NCBI GenBank assembly: GCA_012798755.1
Contig: JAAZMP010000098.1
Location: forward strand, 12,082-76,081
Origin: Bacillota bacterium
GTDB taxonomy: Bacteria; Bacillota; Dethiobacteria; DTU022; UBA8154
Length of the DNA: 64,000 nt
Direction of reading: 5' to 3'
Part shown: positions 62,866-64,000 of the stretch, in pieces
Numbering within the stretch: position 1 is the first letter of the stretch
Layout: each line of letters begins with the position of its first letter
Notes under the pieces: generated by a model
What the model was told of the DNA's origin: nothing
Seen by the model: the letters and a program-made list of their open reading frames with translations, nothing else
Databases searched by the model: none
Translations under genes and position numbers: made by a program

Positions 62866-63461
62866 TTCATGGTACCTCCCTCATAAAGTTTTATTCTTAA
62901 ATGTTCCCATAAAACCAATAAAGTATAATAAATAGCGCTGGTTCCATGAACAAAAAATTTAAAGCTACACGAAAAAAGTAACGTCCTTTGTTCAAAGGAA
63001 GGATAAACTAATATGAGGGGTTTTTTTGCAAAGGGCATCGCCCAAAAAAAACGGGCGAAAGCCATCGCGGAAAGCTGTCTTAAAAAACCTACCAACATTG
63101 CCGTCCAGGCTGAATCGCCGGTACCTATTTTGATTTTGATGTCTGCAGTAACCCACCGTAAGGTTTGCATGAAGCGGTATACCAAAAGCAAGGTTTTTCG
63201 AAGTTGCTCTTTTTTGAATGGCTCCCACCCGCGTTTTGCCCTGACTATCGCTTCCATGCTTTCGTCAAGAAAAAAAGTTTTTTCAAAACCGGTAAGTTTA
63301 AGGCTATCTCCTATAAATATTTCCAATTCCAAGGAGGCACTGTTATCTTTCCGCAAATTATTAAATGATATTCGCAATTGGAACGGTATTAATAAAATGC
63401 TGGCTAAAATAAATAAAAGAAGAAACAACAAATAGAAAAACCAGGGGAAAACGAACAACAT
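62862..63461 (-). CDS. DUF2953/YtfI-like membrane protein
   Basis: It has an N-terminal TM helix, and its stop overlaps the ytfJ start (ATGA), as in the ytfI-ytfJ pair of bacilli. Confidence 0.6.
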   Translation of the reverse strand: MLFVFPWFFYLLFLLLFILASILLIPFQLRISFNNLRKDNSASLELEIFIGDSLKLTGFEKTFFLDESMEAIVRAKRGWEPFKKEQLRKTLLLVYRFMQTLRWVTADIKIKIGTGDSAWTAMLVGFLRQLSAMAFARFFWAMPFAKKPLILVYPSFEQRTLLFSCSFKFFVHGTSAIYYTLLVLWEHLRIKLYEGGTMK

Positions 63462-63491
63462 AAAAATACCTTCTTACACCATGAAGTCCTT

Positions 63492-64000
63492 CTATTTAGT
63501 TTCTCCAGCTTCAGGAAAAAAAGTATCATTTAGCCAAAGTTTTTTTAGTTTTTCCAGTTCATTGCGATCTTTGAACCCAAAATACTGTAAAAAATTTTCC
63601 GTAATACCGTAGATCATAGGTCTTCCCAGCGTTTCTTTACGCCCTAGAACTTTTATCAATCCCCTTTTAACAAGATTATCAATTACCCCATCAGTTTTAA
63701 CGCCCCGAATGTTTTCAATTTCCAGCTTGGTCACAGGCTGTTTTAAAGCAACAATGGCCAGTGTTTCCAATGCCGCCTGCGAAAGAGAAGCACTAAGATA
63801 TTCTTCATCAATAAATAATTGTTCTAAAAAGGGTGCTACTTCCGGCTTGGTTCCCAGTTGGTATCCTTGTTCCGTTTCCAGAAGCACCAAACCCCGTTCT
63901 TCTTTTTTAAGTTCTTCTTTGTAGCTTTCTAAAGAATCCTTTATTTTTTGTTCTGTTGTTTTAAACAATTTGCTTAGCTTTCTTAAAGATAGTGGTTCAT
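63492..64000 (-). CDS. scpB: Segregation and condensation protein B (the 5' end lies right of the window)
   Basis: It has tandem wHTH motifs (QAALETLAIVALKQPVTKLEIENIRGV..DGVIDNLVKRGLI). The frame stays open beyond the track start (..PLSLRKLSKLFKTTEQ) to the window edge. Confidence 0.85.
   Translation of the reverse strand, partial: EPLSLRKLSKLFKTTEQKIKDSLESYKEELKKEERGLVLLETEQGYQLGTKPEVAPFLEQLFIDEEYLSASLSQAALETLAIVALKQPVTKLEIENIRGVKTDGVIDNLVKRGLIKVLGRKETLGRPMIYGITENFLQYFGFKDRNELEKLKKLWLNDTFFPEAGETK

Overview
A low-GC (about 40%) chromosomal segment from an anaerobic, endospore-forming Firmicute. It looks Clostridia-like: spoIVA, dacB-spmA-spmB, ytfI/ytfJ, codY, hfq and a selenocysteine-dependent formate dehydrogenase are all present. 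I call about 64 protein genes and 6 tRNAs (Trp; a Thr-Tyr-Lys-Leu cluster; Pro). All but four genes (lexA, a TPR protein, a DNA methyltransferase and one small ORF) are on the minus strand.

Content, left to right:
- lexA / hfq-miaA-mutL-mutS-miaB
- proC-proB plus a NifV-like synthase
- an OmpR/HK two-component pair
- codY
- a VWA/MoxR pair next to a B12-radical-SAM enzyme
- rtcB-surE
- a large SAM by-product salvage cluster (mtaD, class II aldolase, mtnA, mtnP, ahcY)
- fdhE-fdnG(Sec)-fdnH
- ndk, speE-speD
- a small accessory patch: an orphan methyltransferase, tRNA-Pro, and a Grx-like / NifX-like / DUF5320 trio
- the conserved spoIVA-gpsA-plsY-der-DUF512-YIEGIA-ispH/rpsA-plsC-cmk block
- rluB-spmBA-dacB-ytfJI-scpB

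I saw no CRISPR array, transposase, integrase, prophage gene or rRNA.

Many ORF-track starts are too long. I re-set them where an internal Shine-Dalgarno (SD), promoter or terminator argues for a shorter gene. TTG starts are strikingly common.

Most interesting calls:
- a probable second selenoprotein that ORF callers truncate: a glutaredoxin-like protein ending ...GKG-U-G-I, with a SECIS-like hairpin 11 nt after the TGA
- the Sec codon that splits fdnG
- a response regulator with only a CTG start available
- a structured cmk-operon leader carrying five SD-like AGGUG repeats
- a B12-radical-SAM enzyme with a STAS-like tail beside a MoxR/VWA pair
- RGG-tailed NifX-like and DUF5320 proteins
- an orphan, low-GC, permuted SPPY methyltransferase next to tRNA-Pro

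All functional names come from my own reading of motifs. No database search was possible.
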